A stretch of DNA of 64,000 nucleotides from Syntrophorhabdaceae bacterium (GTDB lineage Bacteria; Desulfobacterota; Syntrophorhabdia; Syntrophorhabdales; Syntrophorhabdaceae): NCBI GenBank assembly GCA_963666485.2, contig CAXXUO010000006.1:55406-119405 (forward strand). The letters are read 5' to 3'. Under the pieces are notes generated by a model. That model saw only the letters and a list, made by a program, of their open reading frames with translations, searched no databases and was not told where the DNA came from. Both the position numbers and the translations under genes were made by a program. Of the stretch, positions 1 to 9,564 are shown piece by piece. Numbering within the stretch: the stretch's first letter is position 1; each line of letters begins with the position of its first letter.

Positions 1-196
1 CGTACGGCTGACGGCGTACGGCTAAAGGCTAAAGGCTAAAGGGGAAAGGCTAACGGCTAACGGCGTACGGCGAAAGGCTAAAGGCTAAAGGGGAAAGGCT
101 AACGGCTAACGGCGTACGGCGTACGGCGAAAGGCGAAAGGCGAAAGGCGAAAGGCTAAAGGGGAAAGGCTAACGGCTAACGGCGTACGGCTGACGG
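1..196. repeat. Heptamer tandem array (~27 units, A(A/C)GGC(T/G)(A/T)) with a higher-order block AAGGCTA-AAGGGGA-AAGGCTA-ACGGCTA-ACGGCGT
   Basis: Read directly; runs off the window start. Confidence 0.95.
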
Positions 197-264
197 TGAG
201 GGGGCCACGGGGAAGTAGCCGATTCAATCATCTCTGAATTACTCATCTTCGTCATCTCCTCCAA

Positions 265-393
265 CCCCGTCATCCCGGCCGTAAGAGCCGGGACCCAAGG
301 TTTTTCTTTTATATCCTTTTAGCAACGACCACATGAGAAAAGAATCATAAAAAACAAAACCTTGGGTCCCGGGTCAAGCCCGGGATGACGGGG
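265..393. repeat. CGTC-type REP dimer (REPIN-like)
   Basis: CGTCATCCCGGC..GCCGGGACCCAAGG, AT-rich spacer, then inverted CCTTGGGTCCCGGG..CCCGGGATGACG. Confidence 0.9.
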
Positions 394-559
394 AGCGAAA
401 TATTCCCGAGTATATAAACGTGACGGTCCAAACGATTGGTAGGGAATTGTGAGACAGTTTCTTGACCCGGGATTCAGGGTTTGCCCTCGGGTTTTTCCTG
501 TTGATTTGTCTGCCTGCTCATAATAATCTTGTTCTTACAGTACATGCTAAGGGGAGAAA

Positions 560-1333
560 ATGGAAGACCTGGTGAAACGTGTTGCGCGCATGATCGGCAA
601 GGCTGAAAAGATCGTCGTTTTCGTGGGAGCCGGCCTGAGCACGGAGTCGGGCATACCCGATTTTCGCAGCCCCGGCGGGGTGTGGGACAAATACGATCCG
701 GAGGATTTCTATTTTCAGAATTTTGTCTCGAATCGCGCGAAACGGGAAAAATACTGGGAAATGGCGACCGAGATGTACGAGGCGATGAAAGAGGCGAAAC
801 CCAATGCCGGCCATAGAGCGGTGGCAGAGCTTGAGAAGCTGGGGAAACTCGACTGCCTGATCACCCAGAACATTGACGGCCTTCATTTCAAGGCCGGCAA
901 TTCGGAGACGAAGGTATTCGAGCTGCACGGGACAGCAATGCACGTCGCATGCCTCGATTGCCACAGGCGATATGAAAGGGCCCTTATCCAGGAGCGCATC
1001 GCAGCCGGCGACAAGGCGCCTGAATGTGATGCGTGCGGCGGCCTTTTGAAACCTGCCACCATATCCTTCGGACAGGCCATGCCCGAACGGGAGACGGCGG
1101 AGGCGTTCCGCCGCAGTTCGGACTGCGATCTTTTTATCGTGATCGGGTCGTCGCTCGTTGTGTATCCCGCGGCGCAGATGCCCGTGGTCGCAAAACAGTC
1201 GGGTGCAAAGCTCGTTATCATAAACCGCGATGAAACCGCATGCGACAGGCGGGCCGACGTGATCATAAACGGCCAGGCGGGGACGATAATGGCGGCGATA
1301 CTGGAAGAAGTGAAAAGAAACCGTAAGGGGTAA
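560..1333 (+). CDS. cobB: NAD-dependent protein deacylase, Sir2 family
   Basis: GAGLSTESGIPDFR, TQNIDGLH, ELHG, two CxxC, GSSLVVYPAA. Confidence 0.93.
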   Translation: MEDLVKRVARMIGKAEKIVVFVGAGLSTESGIPDFRSPGGVWDKYDPEDFYFQNFVSNRAKREKYWEMATEMYEAMKEAKPNAGHRAVAELEKLGKLDCLITQNIDGLHFKAGNSETKVFELHGTAMHVACLDCHRRYERALIQERIAAGDKAPECDACGGLLKPATISFGQAMPERETAEAFRRSSDCDLFIVIGSSLVVYPAAQMPVVAKQSGAKLVIINRDETACDRRADVIINGQAGTIMAAILEEVKRNRKG

Positions 1334-1340
1334 AGAAAGG

Positions 1341-1406
1341 GGTTCAAGGTTCAAAGTTCAAGGTTCAAGGTGTTTAGGAGTAAAGAAAGAGGTTCAAGGT
1401 TCAAGG
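1341..1406. repeat. (GGTTCAA)n heptamer arrays, two blocks
   Basis: ggttcaaggttcaaagttcaaggttcaagg; each block preceded by taaagaaag. Confidence 0.9.
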
Positions 1407-1436
1407 CAGTGAGAATTGTGATCGAGGGTGGGGGGT

Positions 1437-1778
1437 ATGAATATACAAATTTTCGGGGTGAGCAAGTGCCAGGATACGAGGGCGGCGCAGCGTTTCTTTA
1501 AGGAACGCGGGATAAAGTTCCAGTACATTGACCTTGGCATGAAGGGATTGAGCAAGGGCGAGCTTAATAGCGTCAAGGCATCGGTCGGGCTTGAAAACCT
1601 GGTAGACACGGAAGGGAAGGAATACGCGAAACTGAATCTCAAGTACCTCACACACGATGTAGAAGAACAGCTTCTTGAGCATCCCCTTCTTTTTAAAACC
1701 CCCATCGTCCGCAACGGCGGAAGATCGACGATAGGTTTTCAGCCCGAGATTTGGAAGGAATGGATGAAGACGGGATAA
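1437..1778 (+). CDS. ArsC/Spx/YffB family protein
   Basis: IFGVSKCQDTRAAQRFFKERGI, HPLLFKTPIVR. Confidence 0.85.
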   Translation: MNIQIFGVSKCQDTRAAQRFFKERGIKFQYIDLGMKGLSKGELNSVKASVGLENLVDTEGKEYAKLNLKYLTHDVEEQLLEHPLLFKTPIVRNGGRSTIGFQPEIWKEWMKTG

Positions 1779-1919
1779 TCCGGCAAAGAGCATAAGATAT
1801 CATCTATCCGTATCGGTTTTATCTTGGACCTGAGGCCATGCCGCGGTCCCCATTCAGTTTCCCAATTTTATCAATTTCTGCATGTCGTCCTGCACTCCGG
1901 GCCGAGCCTGACAACCTGC

Positions 1920-2034
1920 CGTCACCCCGGCGAAGGCCGGGGTCCAGGTTTTTTGCTTTTTTGTCGTTACCCGATCTGAGATGTTTATGAAAGAATGAAA
2001 AAAGATCTGGATTCCGGCCTTCGCCGGAATGACG
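1920..2034. repeat. CGTC-type REP dimer between convergent genes
   Basis: CGTCACCCCGGCGAAGGCCGGGGTCCAG ... CTGGATTCCGGCCTTCGCCGGAATGACG. Confidence 0.9.
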
Positions 2035-2053
2035 ATCCCTGGGGATGTTGCGG

Positions 2054-3874
2054 TTATATTTTTTGCCCGGCTATCTTCGACCGTTTCCGTTCCAGCCCGT
2101 CGAGGATGGTCTTGCGCAGCCTGATCGATTTCGGGGTTATCTCAACCAACTCATCTTCGTTAATGTAGGATATGCAATCTTCAAGGCTCATGTACCGGGC
2201 AGGCGTGAGGATGACGGCGTCGTCGGACCCGGCGGCCCTCATGTTGGTGAGCTTTTTCCCTTTTGCGGGATTTATGACGAGGTCTATCTCACGGCTGTGT
2301 TCGCCGATGATCTGGCCTCCGTAGACCTTTTCTCCGGGTCCCAGGAAGAGTTCTCCACGGTCCTGGAGGTTGAACAGGGCATACGCTACCGTGGTACATT
2401 CCTCCATGACAACGAGAACGCCATTGTTGCGGTTTTTCATCTCACCGGCATACCGGTCATACCCGTCAAAGATGTAGTTCATCGTACCTGTTCCTTTTGT
2501 CTCGGTCAGGAACTGTGAACGAAAACCAATGAGCCCGCGCGTCGGTATGCGGTAGCTCAGCCTCACGATACCCTTGTTCTGGTCCATGTGGACCATCAGG
2601 CCTTTGCGTTTTCCGAGATTTTCTATGACGTTGCCGGCATACGCTTCATCGACGTCGATAGTGAGTTCTTCATATGGCTCGAGGACCCCGTCTTCGGTGT
2701 CGTGATAGATGACCTTTGGCCGGGTGACCTGAAATTCGTACCCTTCACGGCGCATCTTTTCGATGAGGATCGACAGGTGCAGTTCGCCGCGCCCCGAGAC
2801 CTTATACCCGATCGAATCATTGAGCTCCTCGACGACGAGCGCGACATCCGACAGCGTCTCCCGCATGAGCCTTTCCCTGATATGCCGTGACGTCAGAAAA
2901 CGTCCTTCCTTTCCGGCGAAAGGAGAATCGTTGGGAATGAAGTTCATGGATATCGTGGGCGGGTCGATATCGATGCCGGGCAGGGGGGCAGGATTTTCGG
3001 GATCGGTAAGTGTCTGGCCGATCGTGATCGACTCCATTCCGGCCACGGCTACTATTTCACCCGTTCCCGCAATTTGCGTCTCCTCCATAGAACTTCCCTT
3101 GAACCGGTAGACCTTTGTGATCCGGGCCGGGGAAGAGGGCACGCCTTCAGTCGCGACGATGACATCCTTGTTGAGGTTGAGCACACCGGATGTTATCTTG
3201 CCGATCGCGAGCCTGCCGAGGAAAGGGGAGTACGAAAGCGAGCTTACCAGCATCTGCAGCGGGGCCTCGGGATTGCCCATAGGAGGCGGGACCGCATCGA
3301 TGATCATATCGAACAGGGGAAGCATCGAAGAATTGGGAACTTCGTGATCGAGCGTCGCATACCCTGCCTTCGCCGACGTGTAAATGATCGGGAAATCAAG
3401 GATGTCGTCCGGCGCATCGAGCTTGACGAAGAGATCGAACACCTGGTCCACGACCCAGTCGCACCGGGCCGCCGGTTTGTCGATCTTGTTGACAACGACA
3501 ATGACCGGGAGCTTGAGGCCCAGGGCTTTTTTCAGGACGAACCGTGTCTGGGGCATCGGCCCTTCCGCGGCATCGACGAGCAGAAGCACGCCGTCCGCCA
3601 TCTTGAGCACTCTTTCGACCTGCCCGCCGAAATCGGCATGACCGGGTGTATCGATAATATTGATAAAATGGTCTTTATATACGAAAGATCCATTTTTTGA
3701 CGAGATCGTTATACCGCGCTCGCGTTCGAGGTCCATGGAGTCCATAAGGCGCTCTTCTACGTGCTCATTGTCGCGGAACATCCCGCTCTGCCTGAAGAAT
3801 TGGTCTACAAGCGTGGTCTTCCCATGATCGACGTGGGCGATGATCGCAATATTCCTGATCTTATTCTGTTCCAT
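2054..3874 (-). CDS. typA: Translational GTPase TypA/BipA
   Basis: RNIAIIAHVDHGKTTLVD, DTPGHADFGG, NKID, KKLTNMRAAG, ELVEITPKSIRLRK. Confidence 0.98.
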   Translation of the reverse strand: MEQNKIRNIAIIAHVDHGKTTLVDQFFRQSGMFRDNEHVEERLMDSMDLERERGITISSKNGSFVYKDHFINIIDTPGHADFGGQVERVLKMADGVLLLVDAAEGPMPQTRFVLKKALGLKLPVIVVVNKIDKPAARCDWVVDQVFDLFVKLDAPDDILDFPIIYTSAKAGYATLDHEVPNSSMLPLFDMIIDAVPPPMGNPEAPLQMLVSSLSYSPFLGRLAIGKITSGVLNLNKDVIVATEGVPSSPARITKVYRFKGSSMEETQIAGTGEIVAVAGMESITIGQTLTDPENPAPLPGIDIDPPTISMNFIPNDSPFAGKEGRFLTSRHIRERLMRETLSDVALVVEELNDSIGYKVSGRGELHLSILIEKMRREGYEFQVTRPKVIYHDTEDGVLEPYEELTIDVDEAYAGNVIENLGKRKGLMVHMDQNKGIVRLSYRIPTRGLIGFRSQFLTETKGTGTMNYIFDGYDRYAGEMKNRNNGVLVVMEECTTVAYALFNLQDRGELFLGPGEKVYGGQIIGEHSREIDLVINPAKGKKLTNMRAAGSDDAVILTPARYMSLEDCISYINEDELVEITPKSIRLRKTILDGLERKRSKIAGQKI

Positions 3875-3895
3875 AAGGGATAAGTTAGAAGGTTG

Positions 3896-3921
3896 TAAGG
3901 CCCGGGGTTAACCGGGCCTTA
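3896..3921. other. Stem-loop between csp and typA
   Basis: TAAGGCCCGG-N6-CCGGGCCTTA; no clear U-tract. Confidence 0.6.
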
Positions 3922-3933
3922 GGTTGGTCTGTT

Positions 3934-4134
3934 TTATGCCTTTGCTACGTTCGATGCTGCAGGGCCCTTCGGGCCGCTGACGACATCAAATGTCACTGAA
4001 TCGCCCTCGGACAGGGATTTGAAGCCGCTGCCCTGGATCGCTGAATAGTGGACGAACACGTCTGTGCCGTCATCACCTGTGATAAAACCAAAACCTTTTG
4101 ACTCGTTGAACCACTTCACAGTTCCTTTTGCCAT
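3934..4134 (-). CDS. Cold-shock protein, CspA family
   Basis: [24 protein letters not shown] (RNP1/RNP2). Confidence 0.97.
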   Translation of the reverse strand: MAKGTVKWFNESKGFGFITGDDGTDVFVHYSAIQGSGFKSLSEGDSVTFDVVSGPKGPAASNVAKA

Positions 4135-4411
4135 GCTAATGAAACCTCCTGATAGAATGTGGAAGAAGAAGGAACTGTGCTACGGACAAACGACAAAAAT
4201 GTATATTCCTGCGGTATGTGACGAACAGCGTGTTCCCTTCCTTTGTTCCGAGGTCGATTATCGCATAAAAATCAGTCATGTGCAAGAAATAATTATCGAG
4301 GGCCGTCCGGAAACGAAGGAATACCGCTATTTTCGCTTGAAACGCTGCATGAATTTTTATTAATCTTTTACTTTGCAGCGAAAAACTGCGGCTTTCGAAG
4401 GAGAAAAAAGC

Positions 4412-5206
4412 ATGGCGGATTTTGACAGGGGACTTGAATTGTATGATAGGCCGGAGATCCTGTACCGGCTTTTTTTTCCGCGGCGGGAAGTGGCCCCGGA
4501 TTCGGACACAGCCAGGAACCATTACGTCGATGCCGCCCCCGGCATAGCGATCGGCTGCCGTTTCTTCACGGTCCGGAATGATGCGCCCAATCTTATCTAC
4601 TTCCATGGAAATGGTGAGATTGCCGCCGACTATGATTATGTTGCTCCTGTTTATGCACAGTACGGCCTCAACCTGTTTGTGGCCGATTACCGGGGGTACG
4701 GCGGAAGCGGCGGGACCCCGACATGCACCGCAATGATAAAGGATGCCCATCCGGTATTTCGGTATTTCGCGAACTATCTGAAGGAAACCGGGTATACGGG
4801 CCCCCTTTTTGCAATGGGCCGTTCCCTCGGAAGCGCTCCCGCGATAGAACTCGCCTTTCATTACGGGGACGCCCTGAAAGGCCTTATCATCGAAAGCGGG
4901 TTCGCGAGCGCGCACAATCAGATCGGCCGCCTGGGCGTCGAGTACCTTTTTGACGACGGGACTGAGCCGGTAGGGTTCGGAAACGACCTGAAGATAGGAG
5001 ATGTGAGGCTGCCCACCCTGATAATCCACGGTGAATGGGACGAAATAATTCCCGCATCGGAAGGACGGCACTTATTCGAGCTGTCCGGTGCCGCGGATAA
5101 AACATCTTTATTTATTCCCCATGCCGGTCACAACGATATTATGTATCACGGGCTGAAACAATACATGGAAGCCGTGCGCTCGTTTGTCGCAAGGTGCGGC
5201 GCGTAA
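4412..5206 (+). CDS. Alpha/beta hydrolase
   Basis: YFHGNGE, DYRGYG, GRSLGS nucleophile elbow, IIHGEWD, AGHND; GGAG SD before ATG 4412. Confidence 0.9.
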   Translation: MADFDRGLELYDRPEILYRLFFPRREVAPDSDTARNHYVDAAPGIAIGCRFFTVRNDAPNLIYFHGNGEIAADYDYVAPVYAQYGLNLFVADYRGYGGSGGTPTCTAMIKDAHPVFRYFANYLKETGYTGPLFAMGRSLGSAPAIELAFHYGDALKGLIIESGFASAHNQIGRLGVEYLFDDGTEPVGFGNDLKIGDVRLPTLIIHGEWDEIIPASEGRHLFELSGAADKTSLFIPHAGHNDIMYHGLKQYMEAVRSFVARCGA

Positions 5207-5282
5207 CATTTCATCCCCCTTCCTTGAAATCTGACGAAGGAATCTTACATTTCCTTTATAAGAAGGTCCAAGGGAGGGGCAT

Positions 5283-5735
5283 ATGAAACCACCACAAGCG
5301 ATCCTGGTACCGACCGATTTTTCAGACTTTTCCGATGACGCTCTGGAACTCGCTTATGACATTGCAAAACAGTACAACGCGAAGATCTGCCTTCTTCACG
5401 TCATCGAGATCATCCGGCAATGTACCGTGGACTATTGCCTCGACATCCAAACGGTAGAATCGCTCGAAACACAAACGTTAACGGCCTCGGAAGACCTCAT
5501 GAAAAAGCAGATCGAGCGGGTCATCAAAACGAAAGATGTCGAGATCACGACGGACATCAGGAAAGGGACACCGTACCGGGAGATCCTGAATGAACAGCAA
5601 TCAAAGAATATTGACCTGATCGTCATCGCGTCCCACGGCAGGACCGGCCTTTTAAGCCATCTCATCGGCAGCGTAGCGGAAAAGGTCACACACGGGGCCA
5701 AATGCCCGGTCGTTCTTGTCAGGCCAAAGCACTGA
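5283..5735 (+). CDS. Universal stress protein
   Basis: ILVPTDFS, DLIVIASHGRTG..IGSVAEKV..CPVVLV. Confidence 0.93.
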   Translation: MKPPQAILVPTDFSDFSDDALELAYDIAKQYNAKICLLHVIEIIRQCTVDYCLDIQTVESLETQTLTASEDLMKKQIERVIKTKDVEITTDIRKGTPYREILNEQQSKNIDLIVIASHGRTGLLSHLIGSVAEKVTHGAKCPVVLVRPKH

Positions 5736-5753
5736 TCGGAGGCAGGTTCTTAG

Positions 5754-5787
5754 AAAAAAAGAGCGCCGGCTTGAAACCGGCGCTCTT
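5754..5787 (-). terminator. Intrinsic terminator between convergent usp and MFS genes
   Basis: AAGAGCGCCGG-N7-CCGGCGCTCTT with A7 tract. Confidence 0.8.
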
Positions 5788-5812
5788 CTATTAAACGCGA
5801 GAAGTGATCCTC

Positions 5813-7057
5813 TTACCTTTTGTATTCGGAAACATGTTTCGGCCGTGTGAATGCGAGGGCGATGATAAAGCCGACGACCAACAGGCCCGCTGCGGTATAG
5901 AGCGACTGCTGTTTGTTGAATTCGGCGAACACAAAACCGCCGACAACGCCCGCCGCGCCCCATGCCGTGAGCAAGAAACCGTAGATCCTTCCAATATACG
6001 TCGGTCCGAACGAGTCGGCCGAGAAGGCAGGCATGACAGCAAAGCCGCCGCCCAGGCACGCAAGGAGATAGCAGGCGATGATCGTGAATACGAGCACACT
6101 GCTGATCTGGGGAAGGATGACATACAGGATTGCCTGCGTAATGAACATGACCATGTAGGTGCCCTTCCGGCCGATCTTATCGGAAACGGCAGCCCAGAAA
6201 AGACGTCCCAATCCGTTGAATATAGACGCCGTGGCCAGGACGCCGCCACCGAGCACTGCCAGTTTCGCCGGGTCATCGACGTTCTGGGCAACCTTGATGA
6301 CTTCCTGTGCCATGGGTGAAAGTTTCGACAGAAGCCCCATGCCTGCCGTGACGTTCAAAAAGAGCATGCCCCAGAGCATGTACCACTGGCGTGTCCGTTT
6401 TGCCTCTGTCCAACTGAAGGAATCGGCCGCGCTGACCGTTGTGGCAGCCGGTGTAAAGCCCTTGGGAAGCCAGCCCGCGGGGGGGTTTTTCAGGGTCGAG
6501 GAACAGATCAGGTTGAGCACCAGGTAGACCGCGCCGAGTATGAAAAAGGAGTTGGCCACACCGACATTAACGATAAGTTTGGGAATGATCATACCAATAA
6601 AGAATGCGCCAAAACCGAACCCCATGACAGCAAGGCCGGTTATCATACCGCGCTTATCCGGGAACCACCGGATCAAGGTAGCGATTGGCACGACATAGGC
6701 GAGACCATTTCCGATACCGGCGATGACCCCGTAGCCGATGAGCAGGAACCAGAAGCTGCCGGCCTTGAGCGCCACGCCGCCCAGGAGAACACCAACACCG
6801 TAAAAACAGGCGCCCAGTATTGCAACGAATTTCGGCCCTTTTTTATCAACGAGCATGCCGCCGAAAGCGGCGGAACAACCGATGACGCCGATGATCAGCA
6901 TGAACACGCGCGCTACCATCTTGGCTTCCCAACCCTGGGCGGCCACGATAGGTTTCACGAAAACCGACCATGCGTAAACGGTGCCCAGAATGAGCATGAT
7001 CACGACACCGGCGATTGCAAGAAACCAGCGCTTACTCTCCAAGTTTTGTTCACTCAT
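5813..7057 (-). CDS. MFS transporter, OFA/monocarboxylate family
   Basis: LGTVYAWSVF, RWFPDKRGMITGLAVMGFGFG, NGLGRLFWAAVSDKIGR; about 12 TM segments. Confidence 0.92.
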   Translation of the reverse strand: MSEQNLESKRWFLAIAGVVIMLILGTVYAWSVFVKPIVAAQGWEAKMVARVFMLIIGVIGCSAAFGGMLVDKKGPKFVAILGACFYGVGVLLGGVALKAGSFWFLLIGYGVIAGIGNGLAYVVPIATLIRWFPDKRGMITGLAVMGFGFGAFFIGMIIPKLIVNVGVANSFFILGAVYLVLNLICSSTLKNPPAGWLPKGFTPAATTVSAADSFSWTEAKRTRQWYMLWGMLFLNVTAGMGLLSKLSPMAQEVIKVAQNVDDPAKLAVLGGGVLATASIFNGLGRLFWAAVSDKIGRKGTYMVMFITQAILYVILPQISSVLVFTIIACYLLACLGGGFAVMPAFSADSFGPTYIGRIYGFLLTAWGAAGVVGGFVFAEFNKQQSLYTAAGLLVVGFIIALAFTRPKHVSEYKR

Positions 7058-7368
7058 GTAACAAACCTCCCCAGTTTAATTATTATTCAATGTACGGAAC
7101 AACGCCTCGCTGCTGTGTACCAGACTCCCCTTTTTATACCGGCGTGTCCTGTGGTTTTGTATGCATGCTTTTTACCACCTTTTTTTTGACGTAGTCAACC
7201 TTTTTTGTATCTTCATGAAATCCGCACACCTGTAATTTTCCGCGGGAAACCTGAAAAATAACCGAAAATATAATTAAAAAACCTATCACATATTTTATAA
7301 ACATTATTTTTCTTGAAGCCGGCGGAAAATAGCGCATGATGTGATATCATAAGCACTCCCGACATAAT

Positions 7369-7400
7369 GAAAACCCCGGGGTGGAAAACCCCGGGGTTTC
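7369..7400 (-). terminator. Hairpin downstream of the aminotransferase
   Basis: AAACCCCGGGG-N7-CCCCGGGGTTT. Confidence 0.7.
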
Positions 7401-7429
7401 CTGGTCCCGGATCATTATCGGTCCTTACG

Positions 7430-8686
7430 TCATTTACCGCACAGGCGCTCCTCTGCGGCTTCGAGCGTGGCCAGTTTCTTGGCGAAAGCGAAACGTACCA
7501 TTTTCTTGCCCATCCCTTTTGTTCCATAGAAGCACGATCCCGGAACGACCGCCACGCCGAGGTTGGAGGGCAGCCACCGCGCAAAGGAGTAATCGTCCCC
7601 GTCGAAATCCCAGTTGCTGAAATCGGCCATCACATAGTAGGAGCCCTGCGGGGCCGAGGCTGAGAAACCGGCCTTGTCGATAATCGACATCATTTTTGCG
7701 CGCCGCGCGGTGTAATCGGCCTGAAGCTGCGTGTAGTACGTGTCGGGAAGCTGAAGGACTGCCGCACACGCCGCCTGCAGCGGGGCAGGTGCGCATATCG
7801 TCATAAAGTCATGAACGGTCCTCAGGATCGTGCTCAAGGGGTTCATGGCGCACGCGTACCCGAGCCGCCACCCCGTCATCGCGAATGTCTTGCCGAGGCC
7901 GCTGATCGTCACAGTGCGTTCAGCCATGCCGGGTACCGACGCGAGCGGGACGTGCCTGAGCCCATCGTAGGTTATATGTTCGTAGATCTCGTCGGTTATA
8001 GCGACGACATTGAATTCCTGGCACAGCCCGGCGATGCCTTCCATTTCGTCCTGCGTGAAGACGTGTCCGGTCGGGTTGTGCGGGGTATTGACGATAATTG
8101 CCTTCGTCCTTTCGTTGAATGCGTCACGAAGCCAGTCGAGGTTCAGGGTATAATCAGGCGCTTCAAGGGGCACAAAGCGGGCCGTGCCGCCCGAGAAGAC
8201 CACGGCGGGGAGATATCCCTCATGGTACGGTTCGATAATGATGACCTCATCGCCCTTGTTGATGATCCCCATCAGTGTCGCAAGAATGGCCTCCGTGACC
8301 CCGCACGTGACCGTTACGTGTTCGTTGGGGTCGAATTTCAGGCCATACCATTTCTCCATCTTGGCCGTGATGGCCTCGCGCAGGGGAAGCGTCCCCCAGG
8401 TGATCGTGTACTGATTTCCGCCCGACTCCAGGGCCTTCTGGGCCGCCTCGATCGCTTCGCGCGGCGGATCGAAATCCGGGAACCCCTGCGACAGGTTGAT
8501 CGCGTTGTGCGTAATTGCCAGCCGCGTCATTTCCCTGATGAAAGATTCCCGGATCATGTGGAGGCGCTGAGCGCCGCCTCCCTGGACAGGGTCGAACCTC
8601 ATGCCGAAAGTCGACAGCTTTTCTCCCTCGAGAACGTTGAGGGCCCTCTGGCCCTGCCGTGCCTCCATTTCTTCCCGACGATTCAT
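7430..8686 (-). CDS. PLP-dependent aminotransferase, class I/II (YbdL-like; possibly aromatic amino acid)
   Basis: INLSQGFPDF, NTPHNPTG, DEIYEHI, SGLGKTFAMTGWRLGY; AGGAGG SD. Confidence 0.92.
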   Translation of the reverse strand: MNRREEMEARQGQRALNVLEGEKLSTFGMRFDPVQGGGAQRLHMIRESFIREMTRLAITHNAINLSQGFPDFDPPREAIEAAQKALESGGNQYTITWGTLPLREAITAKMEKWYGLKFDPNEHVTVTCGVTEAILATLMGIINKGDEVIIIEPYHEGYLPAVVFSGGTARFVPLEAPDYTLNLDWLRDAFNERTKAIIVNTPHNPTGHVFTQDEMEGIAGLCQEFNVVAITDEIYEHITYDGLRHVPLASVPGMAERTVTISGLGKTFAMTGWRLGYACAMNPLSTILRTVHDFMTICAPAPLQAACAAVLQLPDTYYTQLQADYTARRAKMMSIIDKAGFSASAPQGSYYVMADFSNWDFDGDDYSFARWLPSNLGVAVVPGSCFYGTKGMGKKMVRFAFAKKLATLEAAEERLCGK

Positions 8687-8724
8687 TTGTTTCCTCCTTT
8701 ATGGATTATTGAATTTTCATTCAT
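8683..8724 (-). CDS. Putative 13-aa uORF (MNENSIIHKGGNK) overlapping the aminotransferase start (ATGA)
   Basis: Own GGAGG SD; stop overlaps the downstream ATG. Confidence 0.4.
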   Translation of the reverse strand: MNENSIIHKGGNK

Positions 8725-8748
8725 CGTTTCCTCCAATTTTTGCCCAAT

Positions 8749-8820
8749 AAAAAAGGGCCATGGAGTTTTCCATAGCCCTAAAAAGCTTTAAGGGCCATGG
8801 GTTTAGCACCCATGGCCCCT
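8749..8820 (-). terminator. Attenuator: two related hairpins, the second followed by a U6 tract
   Basis: mRNA GGGCCATGGG-tgctaaa-CCCATGGCCC, then AGGGCTATGGA-aaac-TCCATGGCCC-TTTTTT. Confidence 0.85.
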
Positions 8821-8832
8821 TTCTTTACCCTG

Positions 8833-8919
8833 TCAGGAGAAAGATCGACACGAGTGCCCGGGAGAATAATAGTAGTAATAATAAGAGGTGAGCCGGATAG
8901 AGGTGTCGTTTCTCAACAT
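8833..8919 (-). CDS. Tyr-rich leader peptide MLRNDTSIRLTSYYYYYYSPGHSCRSFS
   Basis: Translated by hand: TAT TAT TAC TAC TAT TAT run; lies between a sigma70 promoter and the terminator. Confidence 0.8.
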   Translation of the reverse strand: MLRNDTSIRLTSYYYYYYSPGHSCRSFS

Positions 8920-8928
8920 GTTAGCGAA

Positions 8929-8957
8929 AGTCTAATGGAGCGGATAGGGGTTGTCAA
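8929..8957 (-). promoter_or_regulatory. Sigma70-type promoter of the leader peptide
   Basis: TTGACA-N17-TAGACT, 9 nt upstream of the ATG. Confidence 0.75.
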
Positions 8958-8974
8958 CAAAAATATTTCGCGTC

Positions 8975-9433
8975 TTATTTCAGGGGCATGAAAAGCACGG
9001 TCTGCAGATCCTCCGGCGATGTCGTACCGGGGTCGTTCAGATAGAACTCGTAACTTTCCCCTGTCGGTTCGTGTCCGTTCTCGCTTATCCACTCAGCGAG
9101 CGCCATGTATGCGGATTCGATCTCCTCGTACGGTCCCGTGTGCACCGTGGTGGCGGCATTGGCGAGGACTATTTCCCTGCAGTCGATCTCCCCGTGGCCT
9201 GAAACCATCTTTGTGATGGGAAGGCACATCTCGACGTCGGGTTCGTCGGACAGCATGTCGTGATAGATAGCAAACGGAGGCCCCGAAATGTCTTCGCCGA
9301 TCTCTTCGAGATACGCTATAAGGCGGGCGAACGATCCTTCGAATATCTCCGGAAGGTCTTCAGCTGTCGCTCGCGACCTGATCATGATCACCGGTTGCGG
9401 GTCTATACTGCTGAGCTCACAGGTGTATGGCAT
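8975..9433 (-). CDS. GyrI-like small-molecule-binding protein
   Basis: GPPFAIYH, HTGPYEEIESAYMALAEWI, YEFYLNDP. Confidence 0.9.
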   Translation of the reverse strand: MPYTCELSSIDPQPVIMIRSRATAEDLPEIFEGSFARLIAYLEEIGEDISGPPFAIYHDMLSDEPDVEMCLPITKMVSGHGEIDCREIVLANAATTVHTGPYEEIESAYMALAEWISENGHEPTGESYEFYLNDPGTTSPEDLQTVLFMPLK

Positions 9434-9564
9434 TATGTCGCCTCCGTCAGGAATGTATTTCCTCATCAATCTACATGATACGGACGGCAAAAAGCAATTT
9501 AAAATCTTTACAATTCGGGGGGGATACGGCTAGAGTTTGGTATTCTAAAACAGGGGAGGATAGT

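Noticed and set aside
8863..8886. Leader read as Ile/Thr (IITTII) or Leu run
   Set aside because: The only start codons between the promoter and the run (ATG 8919, TTG 8916) are in the Tyr frame.
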